Positions 39,916 to 49,368 of a DNA stretch of 64,000 nt are shown here, piece after piece. The stretch lies in contig OY729431.1 of assembly GCA_963422395.1 (NCBI GenBank), forward strand, positions 992,001 to 1,056,000, written 5' to 3'. The stretch is from Vicinamibacteria bacterium (GTDB lineage: Bacteria; Acidobacteriota; Vicinamibacteria; Marinacidobacterales; Marinacidobacteraceae). Made by a program: the position numbers and the translations under genes. The notes beneath the pieces are model-generated. The model was not told where the DNA came from. It saw nothing but the letters and a program-made list of their open reading frames with translations, and did no database searches. Numbering within the stretch: the stretch's first letter is position 1; each line of letters starts with the position of its first letter.

Positions 39916-42012
39916 ATGATCCATATCAAGACCTCGATGATGACGACCCCGATGCTCCCCCGGCGGGCGGCGGTGCGGCTCGCCGGCGGGCTCGCCATCG
40001 CGCTCCTGCTGGGATCCCCCCTCGCCGCGCAGAACCGCGACATGCCCGAAGGGGAATGGCGGTACCAGAGCGGCGACGCCTGGGGAACCCGCTCCTCGCC
40101 GCTCACCGAAGTGAACGCCGACAACTTCGAGGAGCTGGAGGTCGCCTGGATCTGGCGCGCCGACAACTTCGGCCCGAAACCCAGCTACCTCTCGAAATCC
40201 ACTCCCAGCTACATCGACGGGAAGCTCTTCACGGTGGCCGGCTACCGGCGGACGATCGCCTCGATCGATCCGGCGACCGGAGAGACGCGCTGGACCTATA
40301 GCGAGCCCTCCACCCGGCGCTTCGAGGAGTCCATGCGCTCCAGCTACGGCAAGGGAGTGGCCTATGCCGAGCTCGACGACCGGCTGGTCATCTACGGAAT
40401 CAGTCCGGCGTTCTTCCTCCACGCGCTGGACGCCGAGACCGGCCGGCACCTCGAGGGCTTCGGCAAACCGGTGCCGCTCCCGGGGTTCCCCGAGACCGGC
40501 GTCGTGGACCTGCTCGCCGACTTCGGCCACAACTACGATCCCGACGAGGGCCTGCCGCCGACGATCGGCTATATCACGAGCTCCTCGCCCCCGATCGTGG
40601 TGAACGGGACGGTCGTGGTGGGCAACTCCCACGCTCAGGGCTACCACCAGACCCGGATCGAGAACATCCCCGGCGACATCCTCGCCTACGACGCCCGGAC
40701 CGGCGAGCACCGGTGGAAGTTCCATGTCATCCCGCGCTCCCCGGAGGAGTTCGGAATGGACACCTGGGAGAACGACGCCTGGAAATGGACCGGTGATGTC
40801 TCCTCGTGGGCGCCGCTCTCCGCCGACCTCGACCGCGGCATCGTGTACATCCCGACGAACGCTCCGACGATCGATTTCTACGGCGGCTTCCGCCCGGGAG
40901 ACAATCTCTTCGGGACCAGCGTCATCGCGCTCGATGTCCAGACCGGCGAGCGGGTCTGGCATTTCCAGACCACCCACCACCCGATCTGGAACTACGACCT
41001 CCCCAATGTTCCGATCCTGGTGGACGCGACGGTGAACGGGGAGAAGGTGCCCATGGCCATCCAGACCACGAAGCAGGGGCTCACCTTCGCTTTCGACCGG
41101 GAGACCGGCGAGCCGGTCTGGCCCATCGAGGAGCGCGCGGTCCCGCAGTCCATCGTCCCCGGAGAGCAGCTGTCGGAGACCCAGCCGTATCCGACGGTTC
41201 CGGCGCCTCTCGAGCCGCTCGATCTCAGCGAAGACAACCTGATCGACTACACCCCCGAGCTTCGGCAGCAGGCGATGGAGATCGTGAGCGAATACCGCGT
41301 CGGGGGGCCGTACATGCCCCCGGTGCCCAAGGGGCACGATGAGGACAAGGGCTGGGTGGCTTGCGGCAGCACCGCCGGGGTGAACATCACCCATCCGGCG
41401 GCGCTCGACCCGGCGACCGGCATCCTCTACCAGTCGTCCGGCCCCTCCTGCTCCGGGCGGATGGTCCAGCCCGGAGTGGATGCCGACCAGCCGGTCCACG
41501 GCTGCACCTCCCCGAGCGGCGAGTGCACCACGATCGGCGAGACCGTCGCCGACTGGGTGAACTATCGGACGATCGGCGTCCCCGGGCCGGACGGCCTGCC
41601 GATCTACAAGCCGCCCTACAGCCGGGTGACCGCCATCGACATGAATACCGGCGAGCACCTCTGGTGGGTCCCGGTGGGCCAGCCGAACGAGCGGATCCGA
41701 AACCACCCGGCGCTCGCAGGAAAGGACCTCTCGCAAGTCGGCGGAATGGGCCGCGCCATCCTGATGGTGAGCGGCGACCTCCTGCTCACCACCGAAGGCA
41801 TGGGGGGGCCGTCGGTGCTGAACGCCCACGACAAGGCGACCGGCGAGAAGATCGGCAGCATCCCCCTTCCGGCCACCGGGATGTACGGCATGATGACCTA
41901 CCTCCATGAGGGTCGGCAGTACATCGTGGTGCAGATCGGCCGGCGGGGCGAGATGCCGGAGTCGCTGGTGGCGCTCGTCCTTCCGAAGGCGGAGGAAGGC
42001 TCCGGCGGCTGA
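39916..42012 (+). CDS. PQQ-dependent dehydrogenase (glucose/quinate-like beta-propeller)
   Basis: Signal peptide, A.D..TG...W repeats, WHFQTTHHPIWNYDLP, KPPYSRVTAIDMNTG. Confidence 0.88.
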   Translation: MIHIKTSMMTTPMLPRRAAVRLAGGLAIALLLGSPLAAQNRDMPEGEWRYQSGDAWGTRSSPLTEVNADNFEELEVAWIWRADNFGPKPSYLSKSTPSYIDGKLFTVAGYRRTIASIDPATGETRWTYSEPSTRRFEESMRSSYGKGVAYAELDDRLVIYGISPAFFLHALDAETGRHLEGFGKPVPLPGFPETGVVDLLADFGHNYDPDEGLPPTIGYITSSSPPIVVNGTVVVGNSHAQGYHQTRIENIPGDILAYDARTGEHRWKFHVIPRSPEEFGMDTWENDAWKWTGDVSSWAPLSADLDRGIVYIPTNAPTIDFYGGFRPGDNLFGTSVIALDVQTGERVWHFQTTHHPIWNYDLPNVPILVDATVNGEKVPMAIQTTKQGLTFAFDRETGEPVWPIEERAVPQSIVPGEQLSETQPYPTVPAPLEPLDLSEDNLIDYTPELRQQAMEIVSEYRVGGPYMPPVPKGHDEDKGWVACGSTAGVNITHPAALDPATGILYQSSGPSCSGRMVQPGVDADQPVHGCTSPSGECTTIGETVADWVNYRTIGVPGPDGLPIYKPPYSRVTAIDMNTGEHLWWVPVGQPNERIRNHPALAGKDLSQVGGMGRAILMVSGDLLLTTEGMGGPSVLNAHDKATGEKIGSIPLPATGMYGMMTYLHEGRQYIVVQIGRRGEMPESLVALVLPKAEEGSGG

Positions 42013-42152
42013 ATCCTCACCCCGATCCGGTCCGCTCCACGAGCCCGGAGCTCGCGGAGCGGCGCCCTCGAAAAGGCGGCGATTGGGAGATCGGAGGTCT
42101 CTCCGGGATGCGCGCGGGCTGCTTCGGGCACTGGATTCCAGCGATGCCGGGA

Positions 42153-43649
42153 ATGGATGACCTCGGGCTTTCGCCGCGGCAGCTGGCGGGCGCGGCGGCC
42201 ATCATCCTGATCGGGGCTGGCTGCACTGGGCTGAAAGCACCGGTCGCTCCTCCCGATCTGCCGCTGGCACCCGAGAACCCAGAGGCCCCTGATCCGGTTG
42301 CCGAAAGCAGCGCCGCAGCCCTTTCGGCGGTGCCGGACACCGGTTGGTGGACCTCGTTCGGCGATCCCGCCCTCGATCGGATCGTAACGCGCGCGCTCGC
42401 GAGAAATCTCACCCTGGAAGGGGCGGCGGCGCGGCTCGCCCAGGCGGCCGCCGATGCGGGGATAGCGAGGAGTGCGCTCTATCCGCAGCTGGGCGCCGGC
42501 GCCGACCGTCTCGCCGAACGGCGGAACTTCATCGGGCTCCCCATTCCCGGGACCGGAGGCGACGAGGTCCTCACCGCGGAATATGTCGCCTACGGGCTCT
42601 CACTCGACCTGTCGTGGGAGATGAATCTGTGGCGGGCCGCCACCCCCGCCGCGCGTGCCGCGAACGCCGGGTTCGAAGCGGCGCTCGCCGAAGTGGCCGG
42701 CGCTCGGATCTCGCTGGCAGGCCAGATCGCACGCCTCTATTTCCTGGCCCTCGAGGCGAGAGAGCAGACCCGAATCGCTGACGCCCTGGCGGCCAATCTC
42801 GAACGATCGGCCCGTCTGGTTCGGGAGCGGGCGCGGGTCGGCCGAGCTCACCTCGCCGAGGTGGACACCGCGGCGGCTCGGCTCGCGGCGGCGCAGGGGG
42901 AGGCCGCGTCGCGCCGGCAGGCGAGCTCCGCCGCAGTCCGCAGCCTGGAAGTGCTCCTCAACGATTACCCGGACGGCGACCCCGGGCCGGACTGGGATCT
43001 CGGGCCGCGCCTCGCCGGCCCCGACTCTCCCGCTCCTCCCGGGGTTCCCGCCGATCTGGTGTCGCGCCGCCCCGATGTGGCGAGTGCCGAGCGTCGGCTG
43101 GCGGCGTCGCGGGAATTCACCCAGATCGCCAGGCGGGCGCGCTATCCGCAGTTCCGGCTCACCTCTTCGGCAGGGACTGCGAGCGCCCGGCTGCGCCAGC
43201 TGGTGAACGGTGATTTCTCGGTCTGGAGCCTGATCGCCGGGATCGCCGCGCCGGTGTTTCAGGGAGGCCGCATCCGAGCCCGGATCCGCCGCGAGGAGGC
43301 CAGGGATCGGGAGGCCCTCGCTGCCTACGCCGGCACCGTCCTCACCGCCTACCAGGAGGTCGAAGCCGGGCTCGCGGCGGAAGAGGCGCTGCGGGAGGCC
43401 GAAGTCCGCGCCGCGGAAGCGCTTGCAGCCTCCCGCCGGGCCTGGTTGCGGAGCGAAGCGCAGTGGCGGAGCGGCCTCGTTTCCCGGCGCGCCGCCGAAG
43501 ACGCCGAACGGGCGGCACTCGCGGCGGAATCCGCCCACCTCGCGCGGGTCCGCGCCCGGCTCGACAACCGGGTCAACCTCTTCCTCGCGCTCGGCGGCGG
43601 TTTCGAGAGTCCGCCCCGGTCCCACCGATCCTCCCGAGAGTGCCGATGA
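42153..43649 (+). CDS. Outer-membrane efflux lipoprotein (TolC/OprM family)
   Basis: Lipobox GAGC, WWTSFGDP, RRPDV, LFLALGGG; start uncertain. Confidence 0.9.
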   Translation: MDDLGLSPRQLAGAAAIILIGAGCTGLKAPVAPPDLPLAPENPEAPDPVAESSAAALSAVPDTGWWTSFGDPALDRIVTRALARNLTLEGAAARLAQAAADAGIARSALYPQLGAGADRLAERRNFIGLPIPGTGGDEVLTAEYVAYGLSLDLSWEMNLWRAATPAARAANAGFEAALAEVAGARISLAGQIARLYFLALEAREQTRIADALAANLERSARLVRERARVGRAHLAEVDTAAARLAAAQGEAASRRQASSAAVRSLEVLLNDYPDGDPGPDWDLGPRLAGPDSPAPPGVPADLVSRRPDVASAERRLAASREFTQIARRARYPQFRLTSSAGTASARLRQLVNGDFSVWSLIAGIAAPVFQGGRIRARIRREEARDREALAAYAGTVLTAYQEVEAGLAAEEALREAEVRAAEALAASRRAWLRSEAQWRSGLVSRRAAEDAERAALAAESAHLARVRARLDNRVNLFLALGGGFESPPRSHRSSRECR

Positions 43650-44920
43650 AACCGTTCCTCCGGCGTTTCGGGTTCGTCCTCATCCTGCTGGCGGCAGCCG
43701 GGATGGTCTGGCTGCTCACCGCGCTCGGACCGAAGCCGGTCGCCCGGGAACTCGAAACGCTGCCTCCCGAAGTCCGGGTGATGACGGTGCAGCTCGCTCC
43801 CTACCGGGTCACCGTGAGCGCCGACGGGTCGGTCGAGCCCGCCCGCCGCACCACGGTTACCGCCGGGGTGGCCGGGCGGATCCTCTGGGCGGCGGCGGGG
43901 CTCAGGCGCGGGGTCCGGGTCGCCCGGGACGCCCCCCTCTTCCGGGTCGAGCCCGCTGCCTATGAACAGGCGCTCCGCCAGGCCGAAAGCCGCGTCGCCG
44001 AAGCCGAGCTCCGGCGGGTGACGGAACGGGCCGCCGCCGAGATCGCCCGCGCCGAATGGGAAGAGGAGCCGGGCGACCCCGATCCGCTCGCTCTTCGCAT
44101 CCCCCAGCGAGCCGCCGCCGAAGCGGCGCTCGCCGCCGCGCGGGCCGCGCTCCGGCGGGCCGAACGAGATCTCGAAAGCACGGAAATCCGTGCGCCCCAC
44201 GACGGTCTGGTCGGGATGCGCGCCGCCGAGGTCGGCGAATGGGCGGCCCCCGGCCTGCCCCTGGTGGAACTCCTCTCGGTGGCGGCGGCCGAGGTCCGCG
44301 TGTCGCTGCCGGACGCGGCGCTCGGACTCCTGGATCTGCCCTTCGGAGCCGTTCCGACCCGAAGCGCTCCCCGCGCCCGGCTGACAGCTGTCCTCGGCGG
44401 TCCGGGAGCGCAGGCGCCCTGGTCCTGGGAAGGGCGCCTCGTCCGGATGGAGGGGGAAGTGGATCCGGCGACCCGCTTCCTGCCGGCGGTGATCGAGGTC
44501 CGGGACCCCTATGCACCGGGGCCGGCGGGCCGTCCGCCGCTGGCGGCCGGAATGTTCATGCGCGCCGAGATCGCCGGGAAGGAGTTCCCCGGGGTGGCCG
44601 TCGTGCCCGAGAGCGCGTTCCGCGAGGACGGACAGCTGCTCCTGGTGGACGGTGAGAACCGCCTCCGCATCCGAGAGGTGGACGACTTCTGGTACGACGG
44701 CGCGGGCGGCGTCCTCGTCCGCTCCGGGCTCACCGACGGAGATCGCGTGGTCATCACCCCGCCGGCCATCGTCAGCGACGGAATGCCGGTGCGGGTCCTG
44801 CCGCCGGGCACGGCCTCGCCCGCTGCCGGAACCGACGCGCCCCTCTCCGGTCTTGGAGATCGCGTCCCTTCGTCCACGGCTGCTGGTCCGTATCGCCCGG
44901 GGAGCGTCCCGCCGGAATGA
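43646..44920 (+). CDS. RND efflux membrane fusion protein
   Basis: ATGA overlap; N-terminal TM, IRAPHDG, VDPATR, GLTDGDRVV. Confidence 0.9.
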   Translation: MKPFLRRFGFVLILLAAAGMVWLLTALGPKPVARELETLPPEVRVMTVQLAPYRVTVSADGSVEPARRTTVTAGVAGRILWAAAGLRRGVRVARDAPLFRVEPAAYEQALRQAESRVAEAELRRVTERAAAEIARAEWEEEPGDPDPLALRIPQRAAAEAALAAARAALRRAERDLESTEIRAPHDGLVGMRAAEVGEWAAPGLPLVELLSVAAAEVRVSLPDAALGLLDLPFGAVPTRSAPRARLTAVLGGPGAQAPWSWEGRLVRMEGEVDPATRFLPAVIEVRDPYAPGPAGRPPLAAGMFMRAEIAGKEFPGVAVVPESAFREDGQLLLVDGENRLRIREVDDFWYDGAGGVLVRSGLTDGDRVVITPPAIVSDGMPVRVLPPGTASPAAGTDAPLSGLGDRVPSSTAAGPYRPGSVPPE

Positions 44921-47900
44921 TCCCCTGGTTCGTCCGGAACCGGGTGGCGGCGAACCTGCTCCTGTTCGGAATTTCGCTGGGCGGCTTTCTCACCCTCGGA
45001 GGAATTCCCCAGGAACTGCTCCCCGAGGCCGGGCCGGCGGCGCTCACGATCCGCACCGTGTTCCCCGGGGCCGGAGCGGCGGTCGTCGAGGAAGGCGTCC
45101 TCATCGGGCTCGAAGACGCACTCCGCGAAGTCGAGGGCGTCTCCGAGATGGCGGCGACGGCCGCCGATGGCCTCGGGGTGCTGACGCTCGAAGTGGAAGC
45201 CTGGGCCGATTTCCGGACCGTCAGCGAGGAGGTCCGAGAACTCGTGGAAGCGTTCGCCAGCCTCCCCGAGGGCGCCGAGGATCCGGTGATCTCGGAGGTC
45301 GCGGTGGACCGGGAGCTGCTCCGGATCGCGGTGCACGGCGCTGCCGACGAGCGCAGCTTGCGGGAGGCCGCGCTCTTCGTTCGAGACGCGGTCGGCGAGG
45401 TGCCGGGAGTCTCGAGGGTTGCGCTCGCGAGCGGGCGCGAGTACGAGATCGCAATCGAGGTTCGGGAAGAAGCGCTCACCCGCTTCGGTCAGACCTTCGA
45501 CCGGCTCGCGGCCGCGATCCGGCGTGGTTCTGCCGACATTCCGGGCGGCTCGCTCCGCACCGGGGAACGCGAGGTCCGCCTGCGCGCGGAGGCCGAAGCG
45601 GCTACCGCCGCCGATTTCGCCCGAATTCCGGTGATCGCGACCCCCGGGGGAGGGCTGGTGACCGTCGGCGACCTCGCCGCCGTCACCGACGGATTCGCCG
45701 ACTCCGAGCGCGAAGCGCGGATGAACGGGGAGCCCGCCGTGTTCCTCACGGTGTCCCTGGCGCCGAAAGCACGGCTGCTCGACACCACCGACGCCGTCCT
45801 CGCCCGTATCGAATCGATCCGCCTCCCCGAAGGGATCGGGGTGACCCCCTGGTACCAGACCTGGAGGCTCTTCGAGAGCCGGATGGAGGTGCTGGTGCGG
45901 AACGGGCTCTCCGGGCTCGCGCTCATCTTCCTGGTGCTGTTCTTCACCCTGTCCAGCCGTCTCGCAGTCTGGACCGCGGCGGGCCTGCCGGTGGCGTTCT
46001 TCGGCGCCTTCCTGCTCATGCCGGGCCTTTCGATGACGGTGAACATGATCAGCCTCTTCGGATTCATCCTCACGCTCGGCATCGTGGTGGACGACGCGAT
46101 CGTGGTCGGGGAGAACATCCAGCGGCAGCTCGAAGCCGACGGGCCATCGGACGGGCGGACGGACCAGCAGGCTGCGGAGACGGCCGCAGTGCGCGGAACG
46201 CAGCAGGTTCTCGTCCCGGCGGCCTTCGGGGTGCTGACCACCATGGCGGCGTTCCTGCCGCTCCTCGGTCTCCCCGGGGCCCTCGGCGAACTCATGGGAA
46301 CGCTGCCCCGGATCGTGATCCCGGTGCTCGCCTTCTCTCTGCTGGAAGCAGCCTGGATCCTCCCCCACCATCTGGCCCATGGCGGCGTCGCCGGGTTTCG
46401 GAGAAGCCGGCGGCTGGCTCGCCTGCGCGCCGGGGCCGCCGCGGTACTCGACGGGACAGTCCGCGTGCTGTACCGCCCGGCCCTCCGGTTCGCCCTCGGA
46501 AACCCTCTCGTCATCCTGGCCTGCGGAGTCTTCTGGCTCGCGCTCGCCGTCGGTCTGGTGCGGGGCGGCTTCGTTCCGGTGGACACCGTTCCGCCCTTCG
46601 AAGCGGACACGGTGGTCGTACAGCTGAGGCTTCCTCCGGGGTCCGGAGCCGATGCGACCCGGCGCGCGGCGGCGCGGATCGAGGGCGTCATCGGGCGCAT
46701 CCGGGAGGAGATCCGGGCAGCGAAGGGAATCGAGGTGCAGCAGCATCTGGCGGTATCGATCGGAGAGCGGCTTGCGACCGGGCGGGGCGGGGCGATCGGC
46801 GGCGAATCGGCGAGGGCGGGGGGCGCTCTCGGCCAACTCGTGTGGGAGCTCCGTCCCGCCGATGAACGCCCCGAGGCTTCCACCCGGCAGCTCGCCGACC
46901 GGCTTCGGGAGCTCGCTCGACCGCTTCCGGAAGGTGCCGAGATGACGCTCGGGACCTCGATTCTCGGCGGTGCGGCGGACATCTCCCTCCAGATCAGCGG
47001 CGACTCCATGGAGGAACTCCGGCAGGCCTCGGTGCTGCTCCAGTCCCGGCTCGCCGCCTACCAGGGGGTGGTCCTCGTCCGGGACGACTTCGAGGCCGGC
47101 GCCGCCGAGGTGGTGGCGCGCGCCCGGCCAGCCGGAGCCGGGCTCGGGATCGGCGCCGCCGATTTCGGAAGACAGCTGCGCCAGGCCTTCCACGGCGAGG
47201 AGGTGCAGCGGATCCAGCGCGGCGGCGACGAGATCAAGGTCTTGCTCCGCTACCCCGACTCCGCGCGCCGGAACCTCGAAAGCGCCGCCCGAATGCTCGT
47301 GCGCCGCCCCGAAGGGGGAACCGCACCGCTCGGCGCGGTCGCTTCGCTCTCCCGCGAGACGGGCCTTTCGGTGATCCGCCGGGTGGATGGACGGCGCGCG
47401 GTGACGGTGCATGCGGATGTGGATCCGAGCCTCGCCTCGAGCGGCGCCGTCCTCGGTGAAGTCCGCAGCCGGACGCTTCCCGAACTCCGGGAGCGCTTCC
47501 CCGAAGTCCGGTTCGCAGTGGTGGGCCTGGCCGGCGAACAGGCGGAGACCCTCGGAGCGCTGGGGGGACATGTCCTCCTCGCCCTCCTGGTCGTCTATGT
47601 GCTGCTCGCCGTGCCGCTGGCCTCCTGGTCGCAGCCTTTCGTCATCCTGGCCGCGGTTCCGTTCGGCCTCGCCGGCGCGGTCTTCGGACACCAGATCCTG
47701 GGAGTGAACCTCGGGATGACGAGCTTTTTCGGGATGGCGCCGCTGGTGGGGATCGTGGTGAACGACGCGCTGGTGCTGCTCCACTTCATGAACCAGAAAC
47801 GCCGCGAGGGGATGTCGGTCCGCGAGGCGGCGTTCGCGGCGGGTCTGCGGCGCTTTCGCGCCGTCGTCCTGACCTCGGTCACGACCTGCGCCGGGCTCGC

Positions 47901-48063
47901 CCCGCTCCTCGGTGAGCGCAGCGTTCAGGCGCAGTTCCTGGTCCCGATGGCGGCCTCGCTCGCGTTCGGTGTCGCCTTCGCGACCCTGATCACCCTGCTG
48001 CTGGTACCCGCGCTCTATGTGCTGCTGGCCGATCTCGTCCCCGCCGCCTCTCGCCCGCGCTGA
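44917..48063 (+). CDS. RND efflux permease (AcrB family)
   Basis: GIVVDDAIVVGEN, GIVVNDALVL, RFRAVVLTSVTT motifs. Confidence 0.93.
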   Translation: MIPWFVRNRVAANLLLFGISLGGFLTLGGIPQELLPEAGPAALTIRTVFPGAGAAVVEEGVLIGLEDALREVEGVSEMAATAADGLGVLTLEVEAWADFRTVSEEVRELVEAFASLPEGAEDPVISEVAVDRELLRIAVHGAADERSLREAALFVRDAVGEVPGVSRVALASGREYEIAIEVREEALTRFGQTFDRLAAAIRRGSADIPGGSLRTGEREVRLRAEAEAATAADFARIPVIATPGGGLVTVGDLAAVTDGFADSEREARMNGEPAVFLTVSLAPKARLLDTTDAVLARIESIRLPEGIGVTPWYQTWRLFESRMEVLVRNGLSGLALIFLVLFFTLSSRLAVWTAAGLPVAFFGAFLLMPGLSMTVNMISLFGFILTLGIVVDDAIVVGENIQRQLEADGPSDGRTDQQAAETAAVRGTQQVLVPAAFGVLTTMAAFLPLLGLPGALGELMGTLPRIVIPVLAFSLLEAAWILPHHLAHGGVAGFRRSRRLARLRAGAAAVLDGTVRVLYRPALRFALGNPLVILACGVFWLALAVGLVRGGFVPVDTVPPFEADTVVVQLRLPPGSGADATRRAAARIEGVIGRIREEIRAAKGIEVQQHLAVSIGERLATGRGGAIGGESARAGGALGQLVWELRPADERPEASTRQLADRLRELARPLPEGAEMTLGTSILGGAADISLQISGDSMEELRQASVLLQSRLAAYQGVVLVRDDFEAGAAEVVARARPAGAGLGIGAADFGRQLRQAFHGEEVQRIQRGGDEIKVLLRYPDSARRNLESAARMLVRRPEGGTAPLGAVASLSRETGLSVIRRVDGRRAVTVHADVDPSLASSGAVLGEVRSRTLPELRERFPEVRFAVVGLAGEQAETLGALGGHVLLALLVVYVLLAVPLASWSQPFVILAAVPFGLAGAVFGHQILGVNLGMTSFFGMAPLVGIVVNDALVLLHFMNQKRREGMSVREAAFAAGLRRFRAVVLTSVTTCAGLAPLLGERSVQAQFLVPMAASLAFGVAFATLITLLLVPALYVLLADLVPAASRPR

Positions 48064-49367
48064 TCGGGCCCCTCGAGAATCGTGGCGGCGCCGGAGGCGG
48101 CGCCGTCGAGCAGGTGGCGCTCGTCCGGGTCGGAAATGCCGCGCGGGGCGTAGAAGCGTTCTCGGAGTCCGCGCCGGAGGGGATGCTCCGCCGCCGGCGG
48201 CACGAGGATCACCACCGAGCCGCCGAGACCGGCTCCGGTGAGGCGCGCTCCCAGCGCTCCGGCGTGCCGCGCCTCGGCGACGAGCGCGTCCAGTTTGGGA
48301 GTGCTGACCTGGTAGTCGCGCCGCAGGCTCTCGTGGGAGCGGTCGAGGAGTGCGCCAAAGGCTTCCGCATCGCCGCGGCGAAGACAGCGCCGGGCCTCGG
48401 CTACCCGCTCCGCTTCGGTCACGAGGTGCCGAAACCGTCCCCCGAGCGGATCGGGAAGCCGGCGCGCCGCCGCCAGCAGGTCCGGGAGCGAGTGGCGGGC
48501 GACGAGGCCCGGATAGCCATGCCGATAGCCGCCGGGACTGCCGCCGTCCTTCCTCTCGGGCTCGCCGAGAGCGCGCCGGGCCAGGGCGAGTGCCTTCCGG
48601 GCTTCCCGGACCCGCCGGTCGTACACCCTTCCCGCCGCGCCCCCCTTGTCGGCGGGCTCGCCGCTATAGGCCACCAGGAAGGAGAAGCGGGAGGGATCTA
48701 CCGGGACGAGGTGCCACTCCGGCGGTTCGAAGGCGATCCCGAGTGCGTATCCGGCAGCGGCGCCGAGGCAGACGGACTGGTCCATCGCGCCTCCCTGGAT
48801 CGCTGCTCCCCGCTCTGCGGCGGCGAGATCGAGGGCGAGGCGCCGCGCCCCCGGAGGCGGAATTCCGATCCCCGGCGGGATTCCGGTTCCGACGGGCGGG
48901 AGGCGTCCCGCCGCCGCCAGCAGCGCGAGCGCCGCCGCCACCACCAGCGCCGAAGACGAGGAGAGCCCGGAGGCGACCGGCAGGTCCGAAGCGAGGAAGC
49001 CGTCGAATCCGGGACTCTCGCCCGGGACCCAGCCGCCGGTGCGGAGCCCGCTGGCGGCAGCCGCCAGGTAGCGCCCGAATCCCGCCGTCGGCGGGGGGGC
49101 GTCGGGTACTACCGCGGCCTCTCCCTGGTGCCCGGGCTCGGTGCTCAGGCAGCGGATTCGGGGGTCGCCGCGCCGCCGAAAGGCCAGGGCGATGCCGCGG
49201 GAAAGTGCCGAGGGCAGCACCGGCAGGCCGCAGTAGTCGAGATGCTCGCCGATCAGGTTCACTCGGCCGGGAGCGAAAACGACCGCCTCGGGAGGCCGCC
49301 CGAAATGCTGCTCGAACCTCCGGGCCGCATCGAAGGCAGGGCCGCCGCGGCGCGGAGGAGGATGCAT
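48015..49367 (-). CDS. galK: Galactokinase
   Basis: APGRVNLIGEHLDY, PVASGLSSSSA, MDQ, GARLTGAGLGG. Confidence 0.9.
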   Translation of the reverse strand: MHPPPRRGGPAFDAARRFEQHFGRPPEAVVFAPGRVNLIGEHLDYCGLPVLPSALSRGIALAFRRRGDPRIRCLSTEPGHQGEAAVVPDAPPPTAGFGRYLAAAASGLRTGGWVPGESPGFDGFLASDLPVASGLSSSSALVVAAALALLAAAGRLPPVGTGIPPGIGIPPPGARRLALDLAAAERGAAIQGGAMDQSVCLGAAAGYALGIAFEPPEWHLVPVDPSRFSFLVAYSGEPADKGGAAGRVYDRRVREARKALALARRALGEPERKDGGSPGGYRHGYPGLVARHSLPDLLAAARRLPDPLGGRFRHLVTEAERVAEARRCLRRGDAEAFGALLDRSHESLRRDYQVSTPKLDALVAEARHAGALGARLTGAGLGGSVVILVPPAAEHPLRRGLRERFYAPRGISDPDERHLLDGAASGAATILEGPDQRGREAAGTRSASST

Positions 49368-49368
49368 T

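Noticed and set aside
38782-41907. 1041-aa minus-strand ORF
   Set aside because: Antisense shadow of the methyltransferase-like and PQQ genes.
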